Part shown: piece after piece, positions 39,331 through 53,410 of the stretch | Numbering within the stretch: the stretch's first letter is position 1 | How the letters are laid out: each line of letters opens with the position of its first letter | Source of the DNA: Trichoplax adhaerens | Lineage: Eukaryota > Animalia > Placozoa | DNA: 64,000 nt | Direction: 5' to 3' | NCBI RefSeq assembly: GCF_000150275.1 | Contig: NW_002060963.1 | Span: forward strand, 81,669-145,668 | The notes under the pieces: model-generated | The model's database searches: none | Seen by the model: the letters and a program-made list of their open reading frames with translations, nothing else | Told to the model about the DNA's origin: nothing | Made by a program: the position numbers and the translations under genes

Positions 39331-40431
39331 TCACGGATGACCACGATTAAAAGGATGAAAAATTATACAAGAAGGAATTTTAAAATTTATAATGGTTTCT
39401 CGCCACTTTTTGGGTAAGTAAAAGAAATAAATCAGTACAAATGCTGATTTGATAGCTTTGTTATACGAAGCTATAAGAGCTGGCGTTACGATACAAGTTA
39501 ATAGGTAGAAAAGTTGAAATAAAGGAGCTAGAATGATTACAGTAGTATTATTATAATTTACAATGTCGCTAAAATTAATTTGAAGGAATGATATTATTAA
39601 CGAAAATATGGCCCAAGGAGAAGCTGGTATTAAGAAAAAGAAAGTTGTCACCATAGACATTTTGATAACACGATTGCGCCTTTTTCTCTTTATTTTAGCA
39701 ATGGATTGGATCTGTGAGTGTTCTCTTTTTAAGTAACGTATGATTAGAATATAGGACGTGACGATGACTATTGTTGGTAGAAGATACGTAAGGATAAAAT
39801 TGATCGTAAAATAAGCCTGAGCAAGTTGAGGGGAATCAAATTTAAGGTCGCATACTGTTAAGGAGAGTACATTATGATCAATAAAGTTTGAAAAAAAGTA
39901 TCCATTAACCCATCCAACGAGCCAAATCAGCACGTTTGTGACAAGGATAGCCTTAATATCATAGTTTTTCGCATTTGATTGAGTAACAACTCGATATCGA
40001 TCAAGTGCAATAAAAGCCAAAGATAGAACAGATACCGTGTACGAACCGTGATAAATCATCGAAGAAAGGGCACAGTTGCTATAATTACTAATCGATGATG
40101 CCGATTGTGACTGTGTTATGTTATTAGGTATGCTATTAGACGGAGCGGCCGAAACGGTTAAAGTACTCGAAAATATGAACACACAAGTGAGACATATAGC
40201 GTTAGCAAGTGCTTGATTGCATAATAGGTAATAGGTCGATTTATGGAAGGCTTTTTCGCGAATGATAACGAGAACCAGCAAGGAATTATTTATTATCGCT
40301 ATAATTAGGATTGGCATTAAGATTTTCGAGAAGGAAAATTGAAGTAAACTCATTGATTGCACAAACGACAGTACCAATCGTAAGCCGTCATTTGTCGGCG
40401 CCATGTTAACTTCATTTGATGGAGTTGTCAT
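39331..40431 (-). CDS. Single-exon class A (rhodopsin-like) orphan GPCR
   Basis: 366-aa ORF with 7 hydrophobic segments, TM1 INN, TM3 ALDRY, TM4 W, TM5 YLLP..SY and a basic ICL3. Confidence 0.92.
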   Translation of the reverse strand: MTTPSNEVNMAPTNDGLRLVLSFVQSMSLLQFSFSKILMPILIIAIINNSLLVLVIIREKAFHKSTYYLLCNQALANAICLTCVFIFSSTLTVSAAPSNSIPNNITQSQSASSISNYSNCALSSMIYHGSYTVSVLSLAFIALDRYRVVTQSNAKNYDIKAILVTNVLIWLVGWVNGYFFSNFIDHNVLSLTVCDLKFDSPQLAQAYFTINFILTYLLPTIVIVTSYILIIRYLKREHSQIQSIAKIKRKRRNRVIKMSMVTTFFFLIPASPWAIFSLIISFLQINFSDIVNYNNTTVIILAPLFQLFYLLTCIVTPALIASYNKAIKSAFVLIYFFYLPKKWRETIINFKIPSCIIFHPFNRGHP

Positions 40432-43176
40432 GATGAGTTAAGGCAACTGAAAAAATAGAGAAACGGTTATCTAGTAGTTCCTTTCATATTTTAATTCTGG
40501 CATATCTTGTTATTTTTTGATCAATGTATTTCTATATAAAGTAAGTACTATACGCCAGAAATATTTGATACTAGGTATTCTGATAATTATTGTTCAATTT
40601 CAGTAGTAATAAAATCGATTAGAAGATAAATTTAGTGATGAGCTATTCAGGCTTCTTAATTGGGCATCGTTTTTATTCTATAAGACTGACTGATTGATTC
40701 TAATTGAAATTAGAGATACATTATCTTTCAATTAAATCAAATCAATTGATTAGCTGCTATCTTATGAATACTATGCGAAAATTTAGTAATGAGATTATTA
40801 TTTAAAGTATAATAGTGATAGATTTACATTGGATCGTATTTATTCATATATTAAAGACAATTACAAATGTATAAACACAAAGTACTCATACTTAATATTA
40901 GTAGGATTTTATTGCTGGTTCATAGTCCCAAGATGTAAAATATATCCTAAATGAAAGGAGTAATAGATTCAATTTTATCATTGTCTCTTGTCTGTATTTA
41001 GTTAATAAAAGTACCGTATCTTATGTCAATTATCACAAATTTTATAAATCTCATTTTTGATGAATTACATCTTGATATACAGAGTTTACTTGTATATTGC
41101 TCTTGCAGGTATAGTAATTAGTGATACAGTACTGGACTTTAAAATTATTAAATTTATAAAATGCTGTAGCTATCAAAAACTATGAATGTGCTCGAGTTAA
41201 TTAGACAATTTCTTTTGTGCAAACGCGTGTATTCAAGTATTGTTAAAATAAGAAATTTTAAAATACGATAATTATAAGGCAAGATAATGAAAGTTTTGAT
41301 GTTCTTAAAGTATCGTATTCAATAATTAAATGGAAGTGAGTTTACATTAAATGTGTGTAACACAATCGATGTAGGATGTCATTTAAAAATTTTTTTAGTT
41401 CTAGACACTTTTCTTCAGCTCATTAATCTAACGTTGAAAAGTCTCGGTTATTTAATTTAATGGATTTTGAAGCCAGATAATATCTTTAATTCGTATCACT
41501 TTTACTCTGAAGGTTGCTATAAATATCAAATTTTAAGATTCCTAATGAGAATGATAATTCTATATTTAAATAAGTGATTGCCATTACTATATCTGGGTAC
41601 TTTATTTTCTGATGTAGAAACAGCTATCTCTACGTATGATAGATTATAATAACTTCTTCACAATCTGATATGCAGATACGGATTAGCTAATTAAAAATGT
41701 ATATTCTTAAGTGGTAGATTACGTATGTCAGACTCTGCCTACCGTACAAAACAAAATTTGAGATAGCTAATCCATCATATATGGCCAAATTATTGTATTA
41801 ATTATGCGGGGTATTGTAATATCTCCATTAATTTTCATGTTATTAAGATATAGTAGCTAGACGTACTTCAAACTTCTATATGCCACTGCAAATACTGTTC
41901 TATATGACTTGTTCTTAGAGCTTAGTATAATTTGATAAAATTGAATATTATTACCATTGTTTGTATCTTTTGCAACGTGGACATTAGTCAACAATTGATT
42001 TGTGGTATTATTGTTTATAATTTTGCTGCCATATTGGATATTACATGCCTTGTTAACTATTTTAAGGTATTTAAAGGCGGCAGTTTTAGTATAATTGAAG
42101 TCACATGTAATCGTTTTATATTACACCTATTATCTATTCGATGTTATTGCTTATGATAACTATTCTTAGATACAATTTAGCCTAGTAAATTATAATTGAT
42201 CGCTGTTATCTTTGCTATTATTTTTTTTTTTTTAAATACACGTTTGAAATAGAAGATGATGCAATAAGGATAGGCTGAGTTTATTTGTATCATCTATGTC
42301 GTTACAAATATCTTGAACCGTATTTTAAGCACACGATTTTTAAAGAGATGATCTTCAAATCGTTATAGCTTACAAACTAGGGTTTCTAATGTACTTATTC
42401 GTAGAACAATTATATCATCAATAATAGTTATATTTTGTCGCCCTATCATGATAGTATCCAATAATAAGCAGTAATAAAGAGTAAAAAAGAAATCTTAATA
42501 TTGTCTTTGGTTGATATATCTTGTATTTTACTAGCAGTATAGGTGAAAGTGAAGAAGAGAGCAAGTAATACATTAAGAACATTTTTTATATACCGCATTT
42601 GACTGATTACTATCGAAACTAGTCTTTTTTATTTGCGAGAAAATGTACTGTCATGTTCACTTCGTTAATATATCGATTACATATATCTTTATTTATAGTA
42701 TACGATCCGTAAAGTGAAGGAAAACTGTTATTGATATTAATTGTATCAATAATTATTTATTTGTGATGGTTTGATTGCAAGTATTAATTTTTTATCGGGT
42801 AGATATGACCTAAATTGAAGTTCTTTCAGAAGATTGACAAAAGATCAATGACTGTTATATTTGATCGAGAAGGATATGTTTTGGAAATATTTCATTTTAT
42901 GATATTAACAAATATTATTAATTATTTAGGAATATATAATACATGAACGGCAAAATAGATTTCAAACTGTTTCTTCATAATGAAGAACGAAAAATAGCAA
43001 CAGACTGCTTTCCATTCAAAACAGGTAGGAAATAGTCGCTACTAATTAGTTATTATCAATCACCAGGTTAAATAACAATTTAAAGAAGAAATTATTTACG
43101 CCAATAGCGCCTGATTACTTTAGTTGCTGAATACGCTGCTATGTAGTGTGGGAGTGTTAGTTCAGTTTAAAATAGG

Positions 43177-44313
43177 TTACTTTCCTTGTATATGGATAGA
43201 GCTTACTAATGTTACAGAGTGCCTTGTTTGATCATGAGTAAAGGGATGAAAAATGATGCAAGAAAGCAATCTAACATTTATCATAGCTTCTCGCCACTTT
43301 TTGGGTAGGTAAAAGAAATAGATAGACACATAAGTTGACTTTATAATTCTATTATATGCAGCAATAAGACTTGGCGTTATTATACAAGTTAAGAAGTAGA
43401 AAAGCTGAAAAATGGAATATAGAATGATTATGGTTACACTGTTGTCACTTATTAAGTTTCCGAAAGTAAGTTGAAGGAATGCTAGTACCAACGACGATAT
43501 AGCCCAAGGAGATGATGGTATTAAGAAAAAGAAAGTTGTTACCATAGCCATTTCCATGACACGATTACGTCTTTTTCTTTTTATTTTAGCAATTGATTTA
43601 ATGCCTGAATGTTCTCTTTTTAGATATCGCATGATTAATGAATATGAAACAATAATAATTGTTGCCGGTAAGAGATAAGTAAGGATAAAGTTTATAGTGA
43701 AATAAGCACGAACAAGTTCATGAGAGTCAAATTTGTAATCGCACAGTGACGGAATGAGTTGGCTATTTCCAGTAAAATTTGAAAAGAAGTATCCGTTAAC
43801 CCATCCAATCCCCCAGATCAGGGTATTAGCGATAAAGATAACTTTTGCATCGTAATTTTTCTTAGTATGTTGGGTAAGGACTCTATAGCGGTCGAGTGCA
43901 ATAACAGCTAGTGATAGCACCGATACTGTGTAGGAACTCTGATAAATCATAGAGGTAAGAGCACAGTCACTATAATTACCTTCTAGATATATTGATGGTA
44001 ATTGCGTAGTATTCATATCATTGAGAGAGCTAACAGTGCTTTTTACATCAAAAGAAAATGCTAAAATGCAGGCGAGACATATAACATTAGCGATCGCTTG
44101 ATTGCATAATAAATAATACGTAGATTTATGAAATGATTTCTCGCGAATGATAATTATAACCAGCAAAACATTATTTATTATCCCAATAATTAAGATTGGT
44201 ATTAAAATTCTCAAGAACAAGATTTGGAAAAACCCAAGAGATGCTATCCATTCACTAATTTTGCTATAAGCCTCTGTAGGAGTCGTGATGTTGCTATTAG
44301 ATTGGGTTGACAT
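43177..44313 (-). CDS. Single-exon class A orphan GPCR, tandem paralog of 39331-40431
   Basis: 378-aa ORF with the same motifs (FHKSTYYLLCNQA, ALDRYRV, AYFTINFILTYLLP, YLPKKWRE). Confidence 0.92.
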   Translation of the reverse strand: MSTQSNSNITTPTEAYSKISEWIASLGFFQILFLRILIPILIIGIINNVLLVIIIIREKSFHKSTYYLLCNQAIANVICLACILAFSFDVKSTVSSLNDMNTTQLPSIYLEGNYSDCALTSMIYQSSYTVSVLSLAVIALDRYRVLTQHTKKNYDAKVIFIANTLIWGIGWVNGYFFSNFTGNSQLIPSLCDYKFDSHELVRAYFTINFILTYLLPATIIIVSYSLIMRYLKREHSGIKSIAKIKRKRRNRVMEMAMVTTFFFLIPSSPWAISSLVLAFLQLTFGNLISDNSVTIIILYSIFQLFYFLTCIITPSLIAAYNRIIKSTYVSIYFFYLPKKWREAMINVRLLSCIIFHPFTHDQTRHSVTLVSSIHIQGK

Positions 44314-46199
44314 GATGACTCGACGTAATGTGTTAAAAATGAAGAAATCTAAGTATGCGGATTCCTTTTATATGGTGACCTAGTTATATTGTCTGATATG
44401 CGACCTTGTATTTATATAGAAGCAAGGATGATAGCATGACGTAACGGGCTTAGATGATTATTGTCTAGCTCAAAAGATGGCAAAGGTTAACTTTTTAAGA
44501 TGATTTGAATGACGAGCTATTCAGAAGTTTTTATTGTATTTTAATTTCATTCGGTAAGATTAAGTAAATTTAATTAGAATTTTGAGATACAATGCTGTTC
44601 AGTTAATTAATTGTTACTTTTGTTACAATTGTTGTGTAGTATATATTAGTATGATATCCATAGAAAATAAAATAGTAATGTTTTTTTAAAAGATTTATTT
44701 ATATGTTGATCGATGAGTATTTCATTGATACATTTAAGTAAACTATCAATGCAAAATATAATAATAGACCTGATTGTTATTTCTTGCCCTGTAAATTAAC
44801 ACGGTAATTAATGTGGTACAATTTGAAAGACTATTCTGCCAATTTTACATTTGATTGCTTTCAATTGATAAAACCCGCCGATATCACCATTTGGCTACTT
44901 ACCGTAATTATTATAATTATTGTTAGATTGGATAGAATTTAACGTTGATCTAGACTTTCTTCCTAGATACATGATCCATATGTGCAACCCGATATCTGGG
45001 TATCGAAAATGACATTGACAAGTGGATAAAAAGACACCGCATATTCAAATACGGATATAAATGTTAATTATTTAAATATCAATGTTAATGGGATGAAGTT
45101 GAAACGTCTAGCACCTACGGGATACAACCTATCGTGTTGTTTACGCTACATCAACTCGGATATGATGTCATATTACATTAACTTGGAATATAATAGATGT
45201 TGTATATTAAGTAGATTTCAAGCATGATGTTTTTGTATTATTTACTCTTAATAGCTACATTATGTAATGGTCATGTAGAGCGATACCTTATTCTCGATGA
45301 CATCATTATTTATAATTTTTGTAGTAGACTGCAGTCGGTGTTCTTAATGGATAGTTTAATATTGTATTTTTGAGGTTATTGATCCGTTGTTATCTACTTG
45401 ATTATGAACAAAGAAAACTATACGCAGACTAATCTTGATTCGATAACTATAAATTTCACTGATTTGCTTTTCGCAACGAGTAATTCATTTGTAGCGGCAG
45501 TACTTTCATTCTATCTGGATATTATTGTAAAGTCGCAAATTATCATTGCAAAAGGTTCAATATTCATTACTTCAGATCCTTCTTCAGCTTTACTAACAAT
45601 CTAGTAACTTGACATTATATTTCCTATTTATTTCCGATCTCTTTCTAGTTGTAGATACTACAGACTTTGTGGAATAAAGAGTCTACATGTCTATTGACGT
45701 AATTTGGCAATGTCGCGTAGTCCTCCATCGCTGAATATGAAATTAATTCTGACTGATTTAGTATTTATTACCAGATGATGGATTTGTATTGCAAGTACTA
45801 TATATGGTATAGCAATGATAAGAAGCTTCGTCTGCCTAGCTTTATCATTGATTAAAAGGATTTTTCATATAATACCCTTAATATCCGACTTTTAAATGAG
45901 TTTGTTGTTTTCGGGATTCAAGCGATGCACTGAATCACTTCTTGTACTCGTCAAGGACAACGACTACTCATCGGAGTTTTATTTCCTATATGACCCCACT
46001 TGAATATCATCCATTCTAATTAATCAGCTAGACAAAAAGGAAATGATCCAACAATGAAACTGCTTGTATATATACTTGATGTAAACCGTTTAACCTTCGT
46101 TCTACACGCTAAATCAAGCTGCTTACATATGAAGATGAAAGTTAATATCGACACAGTTCATAACAGTATGTACATGGCCATCTAAGATAACGCTAAATA

Positions 46200-48550
46200 A
46201 CCTTCGGTTTTAATCGAATTTACCGAATCACCGGGCTCTCGCGCCATTCTTATGTCATGAAACTCTATTTTCTCATTTGTTGTTTGGTTTCCGCCATAGA
46301 AGTAGTGTAGAATGCCATAATAGTCAACTGTATTAGTATTTGTATGTACCTAGTCGCAAGGCCTACAACACCAAGTAATCAAGAATCAATCAATTGATTA
46401 TTATTACGCGTATTTATCTTCCTCAGATACGAGTATACTGCGTTAAATACGCATAACTTTCTCGATTCTAATTGAAGTTACTATTCACTGGGATCTCGTA
46501 TCATTTTCTTGTTATGAGACTTTATTCTCTTGCTGGATTATACTGTCGTAGAGGCAGTCTACTGCAATATTCACTCGATTTCCATCGTGGTCGGCTGTAA
46601 CTGAATATACCTAGTTGCAAGGATTGTAACACTAAATAAACTAGCCATACACAAAGCTATCGTATGATATTATAATTGATCCTCCTCGTGTAAAACATGC
46701 GCTCGAAATATTCCATTTTAATTAAATTCACAGCATCACTGGGCTCTCGTATCAATTTCTCATTTGTTTTTTAGCTACGGTGATACTGTCAATACAAGTA
46801 AAGTATACTGTAAATCAGGGCTCCAAACAATGATATTACTCATTGTGCTTTAGTTGTCCATCTCAATATCAAATTCAAGGGACATTCTCATGTGCAGTTT
46901 TACTTAACTATCCTATTAGACACACAATAGAAAAGACATGATTTTTTCAATATCAAATTCAAGGGACATTCTCGTGTGCAGTTTACTGAACCATCATTTT
47001 AGGCACACTATAGAAAAGACATGATTTTTTCTAATATAGTACAGTGCGGTATATGGATATAGATATAAAACATGCGCTAAACACCTTTGGATTTACTGTT
47101 CATTAACTTCCAATTTTACTTGGCTCTCGTATAGATCACGGTTACGGCGTGAATTGTATACTGGTTGAACCGACCGTATATGTACCAATGACTGTTATTA
47201 GTTTGCATTAGAAATTTGAAAGAAATAAAATAACTCTACACTGCAGTAGAAATGAATGGAAACATGAAGAGCCAATTGCTCAAGGTTGTAGTGATCTCTT
47301 GTGGAATTTGAGCCAAATTTAATGGAAATGCTTTGAAAATTGAAATGATTTAATTAAAGGCGGCACTATAGCTGAACTACTTTCAACTAGTATAGAGAGC
47401 TCGCCATGCTCCAGAAATAGTGGTCTAATATTAGTTCTTGTCATGAAGCTCCATTTATTCGCTTATTGCTTCGATCAGGTGTGCTCTCTGTTTCATTCGG
47501 TCGACCACCATACTGATCGACTGTTGGCAGTACAGTATGTACCGAGTGGGCAGGACTATAATACTAAATAAGTAGTAATTATTATTTTATTTTCAAATAG
47601 AAAACATGCACTCAATACCTTTCCATTCGAGTTGAATTTACTACTTTCCTATTCTCCCATGCCATTCTCTTGTCATGGAAGATTCAAGGATTTTCTCTTG
47701 GGAGTCCTTGACGCCTACTATCAGCTTTACCGTACAGTAGTATAGCATGTACCGAGTGGGCAGGATTATAATACCGAATAAGTAGTAATTATTATTTTAT
47801 TTTCAAGTATAAATCGTGCATTCAATACCTTTCAATTTGAATTGAATTTACTGCTTTCCTATTCTCTCATGCCATTCTCTTGTCATGGAAGATTCAAGGA
47901 TTTTCTCTTGGGAGTCCTTGACGCCTACTATCCACTTTACTGTACAGTATGTATCTAGTGGCCAGGATTGTAATACCAAATAAGCAGTAATTATTATTTT
48001 ATTTTCAAATATAAAGCATGCCTTCCATACCTTTCCATTTGAATTGAATTTACTGTTTTGCAAGGCTCTCATGCCATTCTGTAGTCATGGAAGATTCAAG
48101 GGTTTCTCTCGGGAGTCCTTGACGCGTACTATCGGTTTTACCATACAGTAGTACAGTACGTACCTAGCGGCCAAGACTAGAATACCAAATAAGCAGTAAT
48201 TATTATTTTGTTTTCAAATATAAAACATGCCTTCCATTTGAATTGAATTGATTGCTTTTCAAGGCTCTCATGCCATTCCCGTAGTCATGGAAGGTTCAAG
48301 GGTTTTGTCATGGGAGTCCTTGACGCGTACTATCCGCCTTACTGTACAGTATGTATCAAGTGGCCAGGATTATAATACCAAATAAGCAGTAATTATTATT
48401 ATATTTTTAAATATAAAACATGCCTTCCATTTGAATTGAATTGATTGCTTTTCAAGGCTCTCATGCCATTCCTGTAGTCATGGAAGATTGAAGGGTTTTG
48501 TCATGGGAGTTCTTGAACGCGTACTATCTGCTATACGGTCCCATACAGTA
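46200..48550. repeat. Tandem array of ~200 bp units upstream of GMF: five well-conserved copies at 47530-48550 plus degenerate copies back to ~46200
   Basis: GTCATGGAAG at 47672, 47882, 48084, 48284 and 48477. Related AAAACATGC and GGCTCTC..GCCATTCT..GTCATG motifs at ~46234, 46490, 46692-46750 and 47067-47130. Embedded ~84 bp dimer at 46862-47030. Confidence 0.9.
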
Positions 48551-48906
48551 GTGCATGTACTGGTCAGTTTTCACTACTGTGCCGTATTGTACAATGAAGA
48601 GTATGGTCCAAGGTGCGATACCAAACGCCCAACCACTCGCTCTATGGACCGATTTGGCTTGACTGCAGGAAACGCCTTTCCTGGCAAGTTGATACGTCCA
48701 AGTAGGTAAACGACTCAAACACTCGTTTGTGCATGCATGCCTACTAGAGAATGGCGCTGTTGAATCAGCAGATCCTTCGTCGTTAACCCAACTTTTTAAT
48801 AGTAAACCTGTTGAGCACCAAGCGGATTATCAAAATTTTGTAGCTAGTAAATGTGATCTTTCGCCGCTAGAATTGCCTCCCAACGGATAAAGTCTGACTA
48901 GAAAAC

Positions 48907-51745
48907 ATGGTAAGATTGCTATAACGTCTAAACTACTGTACATGGAGAGGAAGTATTACTGTCAGCGAGTAGTTTGATGGCAGTGATGATGATAAAGGAA
49001 AGCATGACAAAATGATACAATGTAAAATGTCTTGTAGAGTGCTACGACTGCCTTCAGCAAGGTGTTGTTGATGAAGTAGGCCCAATTTTCCATCCAATGG
49101 AGAAGTAAGCGATGACCAAGCGATCACAGCGGGTCTTGAGCAACGAACTAGACGTAGGCTGTAGCTAAGCCCTGTATCTTTGGCAAAATAGAGCTTTCAT
49201 GCTTCATGTCTTTGGCAAAATAGAGCTTTCATGCCATCCTTTTTCGACACAAGCACTGTAGATTGAAGAGCTGGTAGCATCTTCACAACAACTAGAAAGT
49301 ATGGCATCTACTTGATGCTGTCATACTGTATGCCGTAATCAACAAATGAAAGACGTAAAATACGATTAAAATTGTGTTCATCTGAACTTTGCCAGACATA
49401 TAACTTCTTAATTCTAGAAGAAGAGCTAAATGGCATGTACTGTATATACACTTATGTAGTAACGTAGAATTTGATCTACTGTATACCGTATCCAACAATC
49501 CAAAACGTAACTTGATGTTGTAATGAAGTGCATCTTGACTTTCCCAACAAGTATGGTGGTCTTGACTATATGCTGTACTAAAGAACTACTGATTCATCAT
49601 CAGTATTAACCTAATTGATGGGCATAATGGAGCATTTGCTCCATTCGGTATTAAAAGACGTAAAATGGATCTTCATTCGGTAAACTTTTACTTTTGACTA
49701 TACTACACGAGATACTGTGCTGCAGCAGAAGTGTTAGTACTATCTATCGGACTATCGATCATGAGAAATAACTTGATAGTGAGTAGTATCTATCAAATTA
49801 AAGACGTAAAAATGTATTGTAATCCAGAGGATCTTTTACTTTCTGTGTAGAAGGGTAATAATTACGTAAGATTTGAACGTTATTTCGAGCGTTGATGTAA
49901 TACAGCGTTTCGATCTTTGCGGCGGCGTCTGCCGTATTAAAATGATAAATGCATTTACTCGCTCGTATTTATAATCTGATACCCCCAAGAAAAAATTTAA
50001 AATCGATATACTTCCATTACAGTGTAGTTTGATTCTGATCATTGAAGGCATGGATTTTGAGTGTACAAGCTGTATTCTATGGATATAAGTCATGTCGTTC
50101 ACTGTGTTGTCTACTCTACAGTAGAGTAGACATCTTAATAAGACGTCGTATCTGTAGATACGTTTATGTACAAAGTTTAAGATTAAAGTTGGATTGGTTT
50201 ATACTGTATTGTATACTGTTAATCGTAATTGCTTTGAATGAGACTTACATTCACTTTCTGTCCTTATATTTCTTTATTGTATTCGTACATGTCAAGTCTC
50301 AAAATCTTAAAATTTGCGATATTGGCGACGATCTGAAGAAGAAGTTACGAAAGTTTCGATTTCGCCAAGAAACCAATAACGCAGCTATATTATGTAAGTA
50401 TCAATTCAATGGAATATTTGAAGTAGTGGATAAAATCAATTTGCAAAGACACAGTGCACAAGTATGATTCTATTATTTCTGCTTCTTGACCTTTTCAAAT
50501 AAAGTAGTTACCAAGTGTTGGAAAATGATGGTAAAGTATCCTAAATAGTTGATATCCACTACCATATGTACTAAGTTATTATCTCTTGTATTGATTTGGA
50601 GGACTACCAAAACCGATAGAACCGCACAAAACTGTATTATACCTATCGAATAGCATGCTGTAGTAATAGTATAGTTCAAGAATTGGCATCGATAAACACA
50701 TAACTATTTTGAGATCGTGCAATCATTGTGTTAATACAGACCAATAGGACCTTACAAACTTCCTGACGAGGTTATACTCTAAGACAGTACTATAGATATA
50801 CAGGGTATAGTAGTTGTTGATGAACCTTATAGTTAAATCGCCAATTTGACTCGCTGACGTTAACTTTGAATATTAAATTTCAATATTTATACCAAGTAAC
50901 CTCTCTGCAAGTTGAAGTTTTGACGTTGTATGGACCTTTTGACGATATTATTATCTCAAGTGTATTTTATTTTACTACCTGTGTTACAACAAATTCAGCA
51001 TTACTATCTGACTTTTAGTGAAAATCGATGCCGAATCTCGGGAAATTGTCTGGGATGAAGAATATGAGGTACTACTAAGTTTATTTCACAAATTACCTAC
51101 CAGATGCTCTTTACCAAGGCGCCATTTCTAACCAACATTCAAAATTGATGCTTATGTGCTTTGCAAGTAATTAATAAAACGCTTTACTTTGGTTACAATA
51201 TCGTAATAGGATGTTACCTTAGATGATTTACAAAGTGAATTGGCAGAACATTTACCCCGCTATATCTTGTATTGTTACTGCCACGAGCATCAAGATGGTA
51301 GAAAATCTTATCCCTTATGCTTAATTTTTTACAGCCCACAAGGTAAATTGATTTTATAAATGTATCGTTTATCTTTACAGTATTCGTATATTCTTCCGGC
51401 TTTAGAAAAATGGCTATTCGGAAGAAATGGATACCGCTAGTACATTTATGTATATCTTATTCCTAAGCATTTAGTAGGTAATGTTATAATTTATATACGA
51501 TGCAGGTTCTAAGCCTGAAATTCAAATGATGTACGCTGGCTCAAAGAATAATTTAGTTAAGACGGTAGAAGTTAGCAAGGTAATGTCGAATAACGATTTG
51601 TAGTGAACTGGTTTAGGCAATGTACCCGATACTTCATAAAGAATTGGATTTATGGTTATTTCATTTACATTAGGTATTTGAAATTAGAAGCCTGGATGAA
51701 CTAACTGATGAATGGGTGAAATCGAAATTATCATTTTTTCGTTAA
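48907..51745 (+). CDS. GMF: Glia maturation factor (ADF-H family, Arp2/3 debranching)
   Basis: ATG-only first coding exon at 48907-48909 (ATG|gtaag), then 50297-50393, 51019-51068, 51210-51342, 51506-51579, 51674-51745. Peptides: [67 protein letters not shown]. Confidence 0.93.
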
Positions 51746-53410
51746 TATTGTAGATATTGTCTGGTAATACGGAATAGCTGTGATTCTAAGTTAGAATATA
51801 GCCCTTCTATAATTATGTCACTACTGTATGCTACCATAATATGAATGAATTGTTGATAGTATGCAAGGAGTAAGATAAATTTTGAAAAGATACAGCTCTG
51901 TATCCATTTAACGTGTAACTGTAGACAATAATCAAACTATATTGGTAATTGTTGGTGTTTGATATTTCAGCTGCACAAGCTGTCATTTCATGCATATCGT
52001 AGCAAACTGTGATAAAACGAATATAATATTAAGAACATCATTTATTGTAAGAAATGTAATGAACTATGATTGATTTTTACAAATCCAACGATAGTAGATG
52101 TGGACATGGATCATCTAGTTGCTACGTTATACAATACGGTATACTGTGAGTTTTATTTCTTAGATTATAGTGGTCAAATATGCGATTGGGAATTGTGCAG
52201 AATTACTACTTCCTATTGTACAGTACTTTGTAACTCATTTGTCGTTGTTGCAGTTAATATTGCGAATAGGTACATATTACAATTTCGTAATTAACCTGGC
52301 AACTAGACTTTTGCATGTCTGTTGGGCATATTAATTCTATAAAAATTAGCCACTATTTGTTTCAGTGTTTATTGGATTTGTGATTACTACAAGTCATAAG
52401 ATAATAGTTTTTGGTATAAATAAATTCTAGTTGATCCATATCTGTCACTTCGGTTTGTTAATGAAAATAGCTTAAGACTATTCCTATGTAGCTTCAGTAT
52501 ACGAAAAAGCTGTTATTTCGCTATTAACCTAGATGTTAACAAACTACAATAATTTCATTAGTATGCGGATTTAAATGTTGATATTAACCGTCTTAAATAG
52601 TATCAGTTTTGAAGTGTGTTACGAACGAAAAATTGAAAACAGCCGTTAATGCTTACAATTATTATGACGGCGGGTAGTAGTAAGATACAAGCTAATACCT
52701 TCTAGAAGGGGCGTAAATGAGTATTTATATGCCTGGTATGTGTCTCAGAATGCGTCATTTTATTCTACGTGTTACATAGAATATTTCCATGCTAGTTCAG
52801 CCTGTTATCGATGTACGTCGTATTATCTTTTTATATGATTTATTTGACTTCATAAATTACAGGATTTAAACACGATAAGGAAGCTATATCGGTATTATGT
52901 GATCATCAATTACGCTTATGATGATAGCACTATGATTACCTATCATAGCATCAGACAGATTTTGAATCTTCGATTAAAAATACCTTGATAGAGGTTCAAT
53001 CATAGTTATCAGTTGATTTCAGTAATATCAGGCTCATTGTGCTTACAATATGCTCGACTGGATATTGTTAAATATACGTAGATGATAGCTAAGATTTAAT
53101 TAATTATTCCGATCCTTCACTCGCGTACTAGCAAGCAAGATGAAGATATCTCTATTATCAGTCAATTTTCGAGGAGTAAACTATTGAATCATACTATAGA
53201 AAGCTATTGTGCGTAATTTCTACTTAGAATAAGCGTGTAGCTTATTGAAATCATAATTATTAGATATTAAAGGTTTAAATTAAATCGTAACATAAGATGG
53301 AAGATTCAAGAGATAATACGTAAAAGGAAAAGAGTTAGGAATTAGATTGATGCTAGAGGGTGGTCTACAGATAGCGGATCAGTTACGACCTCAATCCTAT
53401 CGAAGCACCC

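Noticed and set aside
45398-45660. Possible gene or pseudogene between the GPCR pair and the repeat array
   Set aside because: No recognisable protein on either strand, stops in the minus frames, and no consistent splice sites.
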